A stretch of 64,000 bases of DNA from Vicugna vicugna (lineage: Eukaryota), in the NCBI GenBank assembly GCA_013265495.1, contig MU057880.1, positions 960,527-1,024,526 of the forward strand, given 5' to 3'. Positions 38,745-52,500 of the stretch are shown here, one piece after another (position 1 is the stretch's first letter; the number at the start of each line of letters is the position of its first letter). Both the position numbers and the translations under genes were made by a program. The notes beneath the pieces were generated by a model, which worked only from the letters and a program-made list of their open reading frames with translations, did not search any database and was not told where the DNA came from.

Positions 38745-38816
38745 ATGTGAGAGAGATTCACGAGAGGTCTGAACATCCTATGTTGGATATTGGAAATTTC
38801 AATTCCTTCCAGGCTG
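38745..38816 (-). CDS. RXFP1: RXFP1 exon 14 (72-nt LRR), SLEGIEISNIQHRMFRPLVNLSHI
   Basis: Manual translation; tag|C...AT|gtaag; phase 2-2. Confidence 0.95.
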
Positions 38817-39293
38817 CTAAAAATATCAAATTGATTATCAAAAAAACGTGTTGTGCAGGGTATAATAAAATGAGTTTTTGTGAAGGAAGATTTAATAAAG
38901 TGCTGTTAACACTCCGAACGAAACATTCGTACTCAATCTTCCCGAGGCACTTCCCCACCTCCTTTTTCATTCTGTTATTTATGCACATACATGTCCCCTG
39001 TTTGGGATTTTTGCTTCTCATAGATCGTGGCGCAGTAATACTCAATAAGTACTTGATTTTTTTTTTAACAAGTATACTCAGTTACAGTGCTCAATAAGTA
39101 TTTGTGAAATAAATGAGCGAGAGTTATCTTCTAGACAATGTTACAATAGCAGAGGCATTTTACATTCTTGAAATGTTTCTAATAAGTTTTAAAAAATAAA
39201 TTTTTTCCTAATAAAATGCCATTTTACTGAGGGAACATTTAAAAGAACTGAAGCTTATCTTCATAAGGCAATTCTTAGATCCTAACAGAATTT

Positions 39294-39319
39294 GTGTGTG
39301 TGTGTGTGTGTGTGTGTGT
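39294..39319. repeat. (TG)n microsatellite
   Basis: Direct reading. Confidence 0.95.
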
Positions 39320-39729
39320 GGTGTAGAAAAAGCAAGTAATGATTTCTATAATCTAGAATGTTGCCCCTTGGGATAACAATGGCTATAATACATTCTTAGA
39401 TATCCAGTGCTAATGAAGGAGTGAAACGCATGCATGCCTGTAGAAGATCAAAGCGAACCATCCAACATAAGCTCCTGGTGATTATAGAGAATATAAAATA
39501 ATCATTATCTAATTTTTGCTTATAAATACAGAAGATTAAACTAACAGCTATTTGTTTGTTTATAGCCCAGCAAGCACTCATCTTAAGTTTTTGTGGAGCT
39601 TAAGTAATATCCTGGGAATAAAGCTTCTGATTTGAGAGGATCTATAAATCTTATTTTACAGAATTTATTAGTTATCAATATATAAATAAAAATTCCATCA
39701 TAAAACTATCCCCATAGGTTTATACTTAC

Positions 39730-39801
39730 AGAGACTTGAGTTTGACAAGATAATCAAATTGGTTTGCTTGAATTTTCTGGATTGGGTTATAGGAGAGATT
39801 C
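39730..39801 (-). CDS. RXFP1: RXFP1 exon 13 (72-nt LRR), NLSYNPIQKIQANQFDYLVKLKSL
   Basis: cag|G...CT|gtaagt; LRR consensus. Confidence 0.95.
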
Positions 39802-40614
39802 CTGTTTTTTAAAAAAGGCAGCAATAGGTCATTTCTAGAAACTACTTGAGTAAAGAGGAAGGGTATCTGTTGACTTAGGGTTACCTTTAAACATTAACCA
39901 AAAAGGACCATACTGGCACTTGCCCCTATAGGGCTCACTGGACATTTAAATATAGTAATAGAGAAAGAACACTTGGACAGTGCATGGCCCCTCTAAGTGC
40001 TCTGTGACTGTGTCAGTAAGAGAGAGAAAGAGAGCCAAGACCACGTGAGCATGAAGGTGAGACTGTCAGGAAACAGCTCCCACCAGAGAGGCGGTAGGGT
40101 ACCCAAAGGGAAGACATACCTACTTCTGGTTTTCTACCCTATAATCAGATGTGGTTTCAATTAAAAAATAATCCCATTTTGTTGAAATTTATATTAATGA
40201 AATCACATTGAATACGTTTTACAATAAATCATGCGAAGAGTGGCATATTGTATTAGCCATTTGTGAGACACAAAATGAAAAGTAAAAAAGGCTGTAGCTG
40301 GGAACAAAGAGGTGTAGATGGAGTGACAGTACAGCTGAGTTTAAATGGAGAAAGTTTCAGAATCTTTGTAAAACAACACCTTGAAACAAGGACTATTGAT
40401 TAAAGGGGACTTCTCAAGGCAGGTTCACTTTTCAAGATTAGACCATTAGTTGGGAGGGGGGAGCTGCTGGAGGGTGGTGATTACAGACAGAAGGACAGAG
40501 AGGAGGAATGACAATGAAACATGAGTTGTGTGAAAGAAATGAAGGGGACCCAACCACCTGCGAATAAAAGGAAACTATCTTAGTATAACAAAGGTTGTAT
40601 GTGAAAGTCCAAAG

Positions 40615-42830
40615 CCAACGTCACACTCAGTGGTAAAGGCAGAGAGCTTTTCCTCTAAAATCAGTAATAAGACAAGGATGCTGACTTCTGCCATTTCTAT
40701 TCAACATAGTACTAGAAGTCCTAGCCAGAGCAATTAGGCAAGAAATCAAAGGCATCCAAGTTGGAAAGGGAGATGTAAAATAAGCTCTCTTCACAGATGA
40801 CATGATTTTATGTGTATAAAACCCTAAAGATTTCACACACACACATACCCACAAAAACTGTTAGAACTAATAAACTCAGTAAAATTGCCAAATATGAAAC
40901 CGACACACAATAATCAATAATCAAATGCAACAACAAGCAATAATCAAATGCATTTCTATACACTAACATGAGCAATCCAGAAAGAAAATTAAGAAAACAA
41001 TAACATTTACAATAGCATTAAAAGAACAAAATACTTAGAAATAAACTGAATAAAGGTGAAAGACTCATACTTTGTAAACAAACTTGCTGAAAGAAATTAA
41101 AGAAGTAACCAATAAATGGAAGGACATTCTGTGTTTATGGATTGGAAGATTTAGTATTGTTAAGATACCAACACTACCTAAAGCAATCTACAGGTTCAGT
41201 GTAATTGCTGTCAAAATCCCAGTATTTTTTTTGCATAAATAGAAAAATACATCCTAAAATTCCTATGGCATCTCAAGGGAACCTGATAGCTAAAATAATC
41301 TTGAAAAAGAAGAACATAGTTAGAGATCTCACTTCCTGATTCAAAACTTACTACAAAGCTGCAGTAATGAAAACAGTGTGGTACTGGCATAAAGACAGTT
41401 ATAAAGAAAAATGGAACAGAATGTAGAGCCCAGGAACAAACTTTTGTATATATAATTTATAATTTGTTTATATAATTTGTACAGATAATTTTTAACAACA
41501 TGCCAAGAAAGTTCAATGGAGACAGGTCGATCTTTTCAAAAAATGATGCTGGGAAAACCCAATAGACATCTACATGCAAAAAAAAAAACCCAAAAACAAT
41601 GTGCTTACACCATGTACAAAACTTACTCAAAATGGATCAAAGGCCTAAATATAAAAGCTAAACTGTAAAACTCTTAGAAGAAATCATAAGAGAAAAGTTT
41701 CATGACATTGAATTAGGCAGTGATTTCTTGCATATGATACCAAAAGTATAGGTAACAAAAGAAAAAAATACAAAAATTGGACTACATCTAAGTCAAAAAC
41801 TTTTGTGCATCAGGAAACACTATTAACAGAGTGAAAAGGCAGCCTACTTAATGGGAGAATGTATTTGTAAATCGTATACCTGAAAATGATTTAGTATATA
41901 AAATATATACACTCCTACAACTTAACAACAAAAAATCAAACAACCCAATTTAAAAATGGGCAAAGACTTGAACAGACATTCTGCAAAGAAAATACACAAA
42001 TGGCCAACAAGGACATGAAAAGATGCTCAATATCATTAATCATTAGAGAAATGCAAATCAAAATCACAATGAAGTACCATTTCACATCAATTAGATTGGC
42101 TAGTATTAAAAAATAAACAAGTGTTGTTGAAAACATGGAGAAACTGGAATCCTTGTGCACTGACAGTGGGAATATAAAGTAGTGTAGCTACTATGGAAAA
42201 GAGTATTATGGTATTTCCTCAAAAAATTAAAAACAGAATTACCATATGATCTAGTAATTCTACTTCTGAGGCTATAAACCCAAAAGAATTGAAAACAAGT
42301 TCTTGAACAGATGTTTGCACCCCCATGTTCATAGCAGCATTACTCACAACAGCTGAAAGGTGGAAGCAACCCAAATGTCCATCAATGGATGAATGGATAA
42401 ATACAATGTGATATAGACACTCAATGTACTATTATTCAGAATAATAATATTCAGAATTTTTAACACATGCTAAAACATGGATGAAACTTGAAGACATTAT
42501 GCTAAGTGAAATAAGCCAGTCACAAAAGAATAAATATTGTGTGATTCCACCTATATGAGGTGCTGAGAGATGTCAGCTTCATAGAGACAAACCAGAGTGA
42601 TGGGTGCTGGTGTGTGCAAGGGGGTGTTGATGGGGAGTTACTGTTTAATAGATATGGGGTTTCATTTTTGAAAGATGAAAATTCTAGAGATGGATGGTGG
42701 TGATGTTTGCACAACAATGTGAGTGAATTTAATGCCACTCAACTGTACAATTAAAAATGGTTAAAATGGTAAATAAATATACATATGCCCTGTACGTTTT
42801 ATCACACTTTAAAAATAAAATATATTTAAA
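40615..42830 (+). mobile_element. 5'-truncated L1 (RT to 3' UTR)
   Basis: acaaggatgc..., ttcacagatgacatgat, aaatgggcaaagacttgaacagacatt; A-rich end about 30 nt from RXFP1 exon 12. Confidence 0.9.
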
Positions 42831-42863
42831 AATAAAGGTACAAAATTAATATATCAGTCTTAC

Positions 42864-42935
42864 AATTGTGAGAGCTCCTTCAGATCCTTAAACACATGTG
42901 GTGAAAGATTTTCAATCTTATTACTTCCTAAATCC
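42864..42935 (-). CDS. RXFP1: RXFP1 exon 12 (72-nt LRR), DLGSNKIENLSPHVFKDLKELSQL
   Basis: tag|G...TT|gtaag; LRR consensus. Confidence 0.95.
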
Positions 42936-44614
42936 CTAGGGAAATAATTGCAAACATGTCATATTATTTTCTTAAGACTTTATCCATAGTTCTGTAAATT
43001 ATTAGAAAATGAGAATACAACTTTCAAACAATGCTATTAGTGAGTTATATTAATTAATAGAAGTCAAAATTTTTAAAAAAGGGAGTGAAATGGTAAAAGA
43101 TAAAAATGTTTTATCCCATATTATTACTCAGAGACAATACTTGATGGTATCTGATCTGGTTCTAATAGATACAATTGTCTAATTCCATTAATATACATGT
43201 TGTGCCTTCTTCCTTTCTCTTTTTCCTCTCCTTCCTTTCTCCCTCCCTCTCTCCCCTCCCCTCTTCCTTTCTTCCTTCCTTCCCTGTTAAAGTAGAAATG
43301 TGGTTTGGAGCCTTAATGTTTTCTTTTGCTTGGGTTTGTTATGATCTTCAGATGGAAGTGGATTATTTCAGGTGCCAGCTTCTCCCACAGCTGACATACA
43401 CAGGGTCTCATACCCTTCTGGGGTGGGTATGTCACGTGTCACCTCCTGTATGTATAGGGATCAGGCTGCCTATCACAGTGTGACCTTGCAGCCTAGTTGT
43501 GACAAGATTTGGCGGTAGCAGCTCTTGTGGTAGCTTTGACAGTGACAACTCTCATGAGAAATGCCTTGGATTCTTCTAAACGAGATAATCTTTCAACAGG
43601 CTGGAGTTCTCCAGTGTGATCAAGAGATACTAAAAGAAAGCCTGCGCACTTGTCCTCTCCGTCTCCAAGTCCTGTTAGTTGCCACAGGGGGAGGTAGGAG
43701 ATGAGACCTATTTGTTACATAGCTTGGAGTGCTTATAAATCAGAAACTGGATTATTCAACTTTGAAGGGCAGCATAGTTTTAGACTAAGTTTTTCAAAAC
43801 TAAAAATAACTAGCTAATATAATCAATATTATAAATGTCTTTGCTGTTAATGTTTTGTTTTCATATTGTAAACATGTAGCTCTGTCCACACTCCATCCTC
43901 TTTTCAGAAAACACAAAATCAAACTAGTTGCTAACCCAAACTTTAGCAAAAATCAAATTGAAGAAATTAATACTAAAAAATAAAAATTGTGTGAGGGATT
44001 TGCACTCCATCCATTGTCCTGCATATACTTTATTTGGACAATCAGCTGCTGTGAACTTGGATCACAAGGCTTTGGTGTATCAGAGAGTTGTTTTAATGTC
44101 CTTTGGAATTGTGTCATTGATCTTAAAAAAGGGACATTATAGATAGCTGTCTTAACTCATCTCTCTTTTCCACTATTACAGGTTGGAATGTTATCCATGG
44201 CAGGGTCTCATTTCCTCGCAAGATTATCCTTTGGATTCAGAATTAGCAAAGTGTTGTCTTTTTACCTTCTGGTCTCTGAATCATAACTTGCTAGGCAACT
44301 TAGAGATAACTCTGCTGTCCCTCTCTAGCAGTGGGTCAGAGTGGTGTAGGATGTATTTCATTTATGAATTTTCCATGACTTTATTCTTTCTCCACAGCTA
44401 TGTTTCCTTTACCTTACTTTACTAAAATATTTATTTTATATTTTTCTTTTACACATATTTTAAGCTATCAGAATTCCTTTGTGGCTCAAGGTGTATATAC
44501 ATAATGCTAGGAAAAGAAAAAGTAAATATTACTTAAATGTATAAAAAATGTATAACAGGTATGAACTGAAATAATAGAAAGAAAATTCTTATCAATATGT
44601 GTAATCGAACTTAC

Positions 44615-44686
44615 AATTCATGTAGTTTCTGGAGAGGTGCAAGCGTGTTTTCATTTAGGTAATTAATTTTGTTCTTCGTCATTACC
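44615..44686 (-). CDS. RXFP1: RXFP1 exon 11 (72-nt LRR), VMTKNKINYLNENTLAPLQKLHEL
   Basis: cag|G...TT|gtaagt; LRR consensus. Confidence 0.95.
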
Positions 44687-45713
44687 CTGAAAGTAAAAAG
44701 AAAAATCTGTTGTAGCTTCTAGGGGTAACAGATAAATGGGTCATTGGAGAGGAGATTAGCAGCCTGCAAAAGCAAAGATAATTATATATGGCGCATTTTC
44801 ACATCAAGATCCTTTGAAGTAGTAGCATGATAAATTACCCAGTCTAATTTTAATCTTAAATTTCCCAGATCTTTTAGTTATGATAAAAACAAAATATTTT
44901 TGGAATCTTTAAGTGAAGCAGGGAAGAACTCGGCAGAGGAAATAGGGAAGAACTTGGCTCTCGCAAATCCAGACTGTCACAGCGAAGAGGGAGCTGTCTC
45001 GGTCGCCCCTGCCCTCTGCGGGGCACACCTCTCTAACAAAATGCTCCGCCGCCTCAACAGTAGCACGCATGCTCGTTTGGCGGTTGATGTGATTCAGGGT
45101 GGAGATGCCGGAGGAAGTCTAAGCTGGACCAGCTCAGAAGACCTCTCCTTTGGGATGTCAAGTCAGACTGTACCTCCTGACAGTTCATTGCTGCACTGAT
45201 CCCATTTTATGAGCCAGCATAAAGGACTAACTCAGAAAAACTTTGAAAGGATTTCCAGTTTTTGCAACATCGTGGGACATGCCTGGAAGTTGGCCTCGTC
45301 CCATCCTGAAGTATTTATTTCCTCCCAGCACTCCAAGCCATCACCATTTTCTCCCAGTCTCCCTGGACCAGACAAGCTCAGGCACCTGCCAAGAGGAAAC
45401 TCACAAATGACTGCTTCATACACAGGTTTCCTTGAAAACAAATACAAGTGCAACAGAAAAGAAGTGCTGCGGTTTCTAAATATCTGTTCGGTCTATGCCC
45501 TGTAAGTGCAATTTGGTTTTCTTTGGGTAATTGCTATGAACCATTTTGCATGACTAAGGGAGAGAAGCCTGCATCTGAAGACTGCTTAACTCACCGCAGA
45601 AAAGTTCAAGCATTTCAGTGGCTTTGAGCCCGTTGGAATGGGCGAGGAGGGGGAGTAATTGGAGAAACATTATTGTTGTATTGCATTGCCTACACACAGG
45701 GGTTCTGTGCATT

Positions 45714-45950
45714 CTAGTACGATTTTCAAACTTTTCCCATGGTAACCTACAGTTAGAAAAATGCATTTTACATTGAGACATAACATACACCCACACAACC
45801 CCAGAGTCATGAAACAATACATTTAATTATCTCAGTTGCACTCTGAGATTTTTATTCAATGCAATTTCATTTAAAAAATGTGGCTCAGGACATAGTATAT
45901 TGTTTTTATCATCCACTTGTGAATTTCGACCCACAGTTTGAAAAATACTC
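45714..45950. mobile_element. hAT-Charlie-type MITE
   Basis: Imperfect terminal inverted repeats tagtacgattttcaaact ... agtttgaaaaatact. Confidence 0.55.
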
Positions 45951-46552
45951 TTCTGGAAGAATAAACTGCAAAGGAGCAGTTGTATTTTTAAACTGAAGGA
46001 AGTCCCAGCATCCTTCACTTTCAGGAAGAGGCAACGTGAATTTAACATCAGCCAGAGAGGCATAAGGAGAAATTAGACTTGGTGACATCCTAAGGTTTAT
46101 CCTGGTGTCCACAGTTACATCCTCAGGGATGTGAATACTCCGCAATTTTTCAAAATTACAATTAACTTCTCCCTAATCTTTGCAGTAATAATTCTTATAG
46201 TTTAGGACTTTAACTTAGTATTTCTCAAACTGAGATCCAAGGATAGATTCTAGGTGGCTTATGAGAAATTCGTTCCATTAAGTTGGGAATTACTTAAGTT
46301 TGAGGAAAACAGGTCTCGTATGATACAGTGTCATTGTGATGATTGATTCCTATATGTTGTGACTCTGTGGTTATGCCTGGTTTGAACTTCAATAATTTTG
46401 CCATTGTGCTTCAGTTTCAAAAAACTTCAAGCTGAGAGGGAACATTTGCTGTAATTACTTTGCATGTTTATGCTAGATTATACTCACACAAATGATGCAT
46501 TTTGTTTGTAAAGAGATATAACATTACTTCCAAAGGACAAAACATTACTTAC

Positions 46553-46624
46553 AAAACAGTTAAGTTACTGCAGGAAATAAAAGTCAAATTTCTTAAATTA
46601 TGGATATGGTTGCCTTCAAAGTCC
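46553..46624 (-). CDS. RXFP1: RXFP1 exon 10 (72-nt LRR), DFEGNHIHNLRNLTFISCSNLTVL
   Basis: cag|G...TT|gtaagt; LRR consensus. Confidence 0.95.
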
Positions 46625-48969
46625 CTGAAATAGAAAAACCAAAAATGAGAAAGCTAAGTTTTAATCATAGACAAATAAATTGTTTAAGAATTATTTGATT
46701 TCTGCTAAAATATCTTTTTTTCACATACTGTTTATTTCCTATAGATTCTCACATGGTGGCCACTTACATAACACCTGAAATTGTATAATATAATGCCTCT
46801 TTTGTTCTGTGTTAATGTAAAAAGGTTTTAAAAAATCACATTAAAAACATTTGTTATGGTAAATACCAGCTTTGTAAACAGACATCTGGTGGTGATCTGT
46901 ATGAAACATCTGTCCAGAGTTAACCAATGGCGTTTTGCTAAGTGATGTGAATCTCTTTGCTACAGAGGATGCTACTGCCCAGACGATATTTAACCTCCAC
47001 CTCCTTTGCCCAAACGCTCCGTAGAGAAATATTCTCAATAGCCCTGGACCACTGAGAACCCCTCCAGTTGCTTTAGTACATGGCCGCCCCGGCCAGGGCA
47101 GACGCTGTCCTTGGTGCTGCACTCCCACTTCAGGGCGTGCGTGCAGACCCTCCTCCAGGCCCCTTGCTGTGTGATCGCAGGTCACCAACAGGAGTCTGGT
47201 CTGAGCAGCAAAATCTGCCAGAAAGTTTGTGTGTGATCGTCTCTTCTGCATGGTTACCACAAACGTGTTCCTCTATTGCCCGTCTTTTATGGTATCGTTT
47301 GTTCACAGTGGAAGTTTGTAGAACAGGGTTAGCTGGGCTTAGGGATACACTTTCAGAAGTAGATGCTGGTCTTCAGTCTACTCAGTCTGCCCCCACACTG
47401 AGCCTACTGGTCACCATCCAGCAGAGAGCCATTCAGGAACAACTGTGACTAAAGTACGGGAGCTGAAGGGTGACACGACTGCTCAAATCTGTAAGGGAAA
47501 CTTGAGGAGCATTAACAGAAGTGCCTGTATTCTGCTGGCCAGGCTACATCTGGGATAGTCAGTTCTGTTTTGGCACTGCAGTAAAAATAGATGCTGACAG
47601 ATCAAAGTCTGTCCGGATGTAAGGGTTCTAGAGATCAAGTCAGTGGGATGTCAATGAAATAGGCATGTTTATAACAGAGAGGAGCAAGCCAGAGAGCTAT
47701 ATTTTAAGTCAGGGATGGGTTTTTCTCTGTTGCATCAGATTGCAAAATTAGATTAACTGGTTAAAGGACCCAAAACATTTCAAATTTACGCTCACAGTCA
47801 ATGGGGTCCGGAGAATGAGCTTCCCACCGCTAGAGTGACTTAGCAGGGGCATTTATCATAACTCAGACGTTTTGTAGACAGGATTTCTGTACCGTACGGA
47901 ATATTGTATTAAAATGTTACACCTTGACTCTAGATCATCCTTCGAAAGAAAAACATCTATTACTCTATTAAGTTGGACACCTACAGTACTACTTTTTTTG
48001 GTTGTTAGGTTTGGCCAAGGCATTTTGGTCTCCTATAAATGGTATGTTGTCAATGACAAGAGACTTTCTTTCCCCAATTTTGTTGTTGCCACGAACCTGC
48101 CACCAGGTGGTGACGCTCGCCTAAGCCTCACAAAATAGCTTTAGGTGCACTGATATTCTTTTCTTGTTAACTACTTGTGAAACCTTTTTTTTTTTCCTGT
48201 TAAGGTAGCAAAAATATTTCAGTTGCTCTTAATTCACTAATTGGTAAAAATCACTAAGAAGCACAGCTTGAGGCATAAATTAGGGACTTTTGATTAAACT
48301 GTCAAAATTTAATGCTGAGTTTATTTTCGCCTTTGTGAATTTGCTTCGGCTTTCTTCCTAAAATTAGAGGTTTTGTCCCTGAGACGCAGGGGTCTGGCTT
48401 GCCGCACAGGGTTACCCGAGGCGTACGAATCCGCTGCTTGTTCCAGAGCTCCCAGCAATCTGGGACCTGAGAGCCTGTTTTGCTTACTTCGTGTCTGGCC
48501 CACTCTTCCAACTGGATGAGCCTCTGAACCTAACCATTTTATTTTCCCCTTTATACAAGGCAGAACTGGCTGAAAATGAAAAATGTGCTTGTATCTGAAA
48601 AACGATAACAAAAAACAAAAACACCAATAATCTCACCTGTTCCCTCTCCACTTCCTCTCTTATCCCCTGGTGGCGCTCTAAACATGCAAACCTCCCCTAT
48701 GTCTGCTTCCTCACCTGCCTTCTTTAGACATCTCTGGTTCCTACCCAATAGAGAAAATTGAGGTGATGAAGGATGGGAAAGCCTTTGCCCTTCTGCCCGA
48801 CATCTGTAACTTACCTGTATGTGCGTCTGGTCTCCTAGTCTCAGAGGAAGTTATGAGCCACCTCCTGCTTTAGGCTAATCCTGCGTGTCATAAGTTTGGT
48901 TTGTGAACGTATGTATCTTAAAATATATGATCAATTTTGGTGAATGTCTTTGGGCATTCGTCACTATCA

Positions 48970-49400
48970 GGTTTATATTTATTGGGATTTTTAGGTTCAG
49001 GTGCATACAACAGAGACCCAACTAAAACAGCATAGCTACACAAGAGCTTTTTTTTTTTCAATTAAAAAAAACTAGGGTTAGGTAATTCAAGGCAAGTCTG
49101 GGAATTTTACAAAGTTGTTAGAAACCTAAAATCTTTCATATTCACTGTTCACATGTCCTTGTCTTCATGGTCCAAAATGATGCTAAAACTCAAGCCATCG
49201 CATCCATTTTTTTTCTGGATGAGGAAAGAGGGGGAGGGTCTGCCTGTTTTTTTTCAAGGAGATTTCCTGGAAGTTCCACACATACTTCTTCCCCCTCATT
49301 AGTTAGGGCTCAGTCACGAGGCTCCTCTCCATGCAGGGAGGCTGGGAATGCAGTATTTTAGCTGGGCTCATTTCCCCAAGTAAACCGGTTCTGTTGTTGG
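48970..49400 (-). mobile_element. Old MaLR (MLT1-like) LTR
   Basis: acaacagagacccaactaaaacagc and tgcagggaggctgggaatgcagt motifs. Confidence 0.5.
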
Positions 49401-49429
49401 GAAGGGACATCGCAGTTTGGTGTGGATCA

Positions 49430-52400
49430 ATGTTAGCTTGTTAATTATGTATTTAGTTCTCCATATCCTCTTTTGGTTTCACTTATCTTTCATGGACTGG
49501 AAGAGGTGGATTACTATCTCTTACCACTGTGTGTCTATTTTTCTTTTTGTTTTGGTTGCTGTCTGAATCTCTTTGGGGCACATATACTTCTAATGTAATA
49601 TCTCATATTGGAAACTGCACACTATAGCGTTTAAATGTCCTTCTTTGTACTGTTTAATCCAAATTGGCCAGAATTCTGCCTACTTGGCCCAAAATATATG
49701 ATGCCTGTGTTTTATTTGTTTGTTTGCATCTACATGGCATACTTTTGAGCAGCGTTTTGTTTTTAATCCCTCTTAATCACTCATAGTTGCAATGTTTTGG
49801 TTAATAGTCCTGAGTTAGGTTTTACTTTATAAGCCAATTTGAAAGTCCTTTTTTTTCTTTAGTAGATGAATTTAGTCCACTTATATTTATTGATATGACT
49901 AATATATCTGACCGTAACCTGCTATTTAAAAATATTATTATATTTATAGGTTGCTATGTTTATATGTATTATATAACCTATATATTATATAGATATTGGT
50001 TGCTACATTTATAGGTTAAAAATCTTTCAACAAATGGCTTAAAATTTTTACTTCTTCCAATATTTAAAAAGGCTGAATATTTTATTGGTTATCTTGATAA
50101 CTACCCAATAGACTGTATCTTCTCCTTCTTAGAGAATAACACTAGTACTCATTAATTTCCTATTAAAAGAAATGATGAAATTAGTATATATTGTCTTCCT
50201 TTCTGTTCTTCTCTCTCTCTCCCACCACAGGATTTTGATCAATTACATGCTATTTATTAGTGTTCACCTTAAGAATATCAAATATCCACATATTGGTAGA
50301 TCTGTTAGTTTTAAATGACATGTCTTGACTCCTAGCTATTCTATTTTTATGGTTCTGTGGTTTCCACTTTATCCATTTTGAGACTGCTCACCCATCTAAG
50401 ATTATTATGTCCTCTTGCCGAATTGACCCCTTTATCTTACATGTTATCTCTCTTTATCGCTGGTGATAGTCTTTGTTCAGAAGTCTATTTTTTTCTAATA
50501 TTAACACAGTCCCTCCAGCTTAAAAAAAATTAGTGTTGCATTTCTTATCTTCATTTTACAGCATGTAGTATCTCCATTTTTTCTGGTTGCCCCAAGGTTT
50601 TTTCTTTATCTTTGTTTTTCACCAGTTTGACTGATTTGTCGGTTTTTTTTTCTTTTCTACTTCTGCTTGTTTTTTTCTGAGGTTCTTAGATTTTTGGTTT
50701 ATTGTATTCTATTAATTTTAGAAAATTCTTGGTCATTCTCTCTCCAGGTACTTCTTTGAAACTGAGCAGGACCCTGTGAGACAAGCCCCCTGTGTCCCCT
50801 GACCTGCCTCTTGTTTGTAGGAAAGCTTTAGCCTCCTAGGCCTTCCCCAAGTTCCAAAGAGAAGATTTAATCAGGAAAATGAGAAAATGCAGAAACAAAG
50901 AAAAACAGTCAAAATAATAATAGTTTAGCCATAAGACAAAGTCAAGGGCCTTTAATTCCTCCTCGGGGGCTAGAGATGATATCCTGAGCTGCATCCTTAG
51001 TCATTTTCAGATACTGAAACCCCCACCAGGTGGGAGAAGTTAACTTTGTGCTGACCACTAACACGTAGACCCCAGACTGATGGGAACCAGAAGGCTGATG
51101 AATAAGATTCCCAAAATACCACCCGGTTACCTTACCACCAATGAATCAGAAGAATGTTCACAAGCTGGTCACACACTCTGTGACCACCTCCCTCACCTTG
51201 CCTTGAAAACCCTTCCCTGAAAGCCATCAGGGAGTTTGTGTCTTTTGAGTATGCTCTGCCCATTCTCCTTGTTTGGCACCTGCAATAAACACTGTACTTT
51301 CCTTCACCACAACCTGGTGTCAGTGCATTGGCTTTACTGTGCATCAGGCGAGTGGACCCAAATTTGGTTTGGTAACATCATCTGTCCTGATTTCCCTCTC
51401 TCTCTCTTTCTTTTTTCTGTGACTCCTTTTACACATTTTTAGACAATCTTATGTTATCCCACAACTTCGGGATTCTCTGTTCTGTCCTTTTAATTCAAAT
51501 GAGAGCTTTCTGTCGGCCTATCTTCAAGGTCATTGATTCTTTCCTCAGTTGTGTTCAGTCTGCTGCTAAACCTGTTGAAGTAATTCTCTGATTCACTTTA
51601 ACAGCTTCCCTCTTTTTGCAGACATTTCCCATGTGTTCATCTATATTGACCACCTTTTCCACTAAATTGTTTAACTGATAAATCATTAGTATTTTAATTT
51701 TAATTTCCTTGTTTGGTAGTTGTAACATCTGAGCTATCTCTGGGTCTGGTTCTGTTGATTGCACAATAATTTGACAGTGGAATGTTTTTCTTGCTCTTTT
51801 AGGGATGGGGCTTTCTCAGCGATGCTGTCCCCCATACCCCAGGTGCCCCAACCAAAGTGAGCATCACCCACTGCTTTGTAACAGGACAGAGTGCTGGGCT
51901 GGAGAGGTTTATCTGCCCCTACCACTGGAGCAGACAGCTTTCCCTTCTGATGCTCCTTTGGAAGCAGTAGATCTCTGCCTGGTCCCTGGCTGCAGGAGGA
52001 CTTTCTATCGCTCTCCTAGTGTCATAAAGCTTTTATTCATAAGAGGAAAGAGTCTAGGGAAGAAGGTGGGTTTGTGCCCCTGTCCACCAAGGAGGACTCT
52101 CTCTGGTTTCCTTACCTGTTCCCATCTTCTCTTGTGAGCTGGGGGAGACCAGAGGAGAAGTGGGAGTAGCTGGCTCCCCTTGAGTGTGGGTTCCCAGTTA
52201 TTCCAAAATTTTACATGAGCCCACACTTAACCTTCACAGGTTTAATGAAATTTTAGCTAGTTTCTTTGTACCTGCTCCATGACAGTCAACTCTTCACCCT
52301 GTGCTCTGCCAAAGATGAAACGTGTATGTCCCGTCTCTCCTTGTCACTCCTTAGGATTCAGTTCACTTGCTTGCCTTACGACTGTAGCTCTCTGACAGGC

Positions 52401-52500
52401 TCGAGAAAATCCTGATTGTGTAGATTACAAAGTTCTTTCTCATTGGTAGAGGGAGCAGTAATGTCTTGTGACTTTCTATACCTTTAGCAGTAATGTTGGA
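49430..52500 (-). mobile_element. Highly decayed old L1 (ORF1/ORF2 5' region) split by a solo LTR
   Basis: T-rich strand; gaattgacccctttatc; ORF 51555..51764 is ORF1-like (EIAQMLQLPNKEIK). Confidence 0.6.
50757..51377 (+). mobile_element. Solo ERV1-like LTR
   Basis: TGAAACTGAGC...GGTAACA ends; AATAAA near 51284; near-TSD tctt / tcat. Confidence 0.85.

Noticed and set aside
44900..45660. Adjacent 98-99 aa ORFs and donor-like sites in RXFP1 intron 10
   Set aside because: No recognisable domain; no coherent acceptor-donor pair that I can support.
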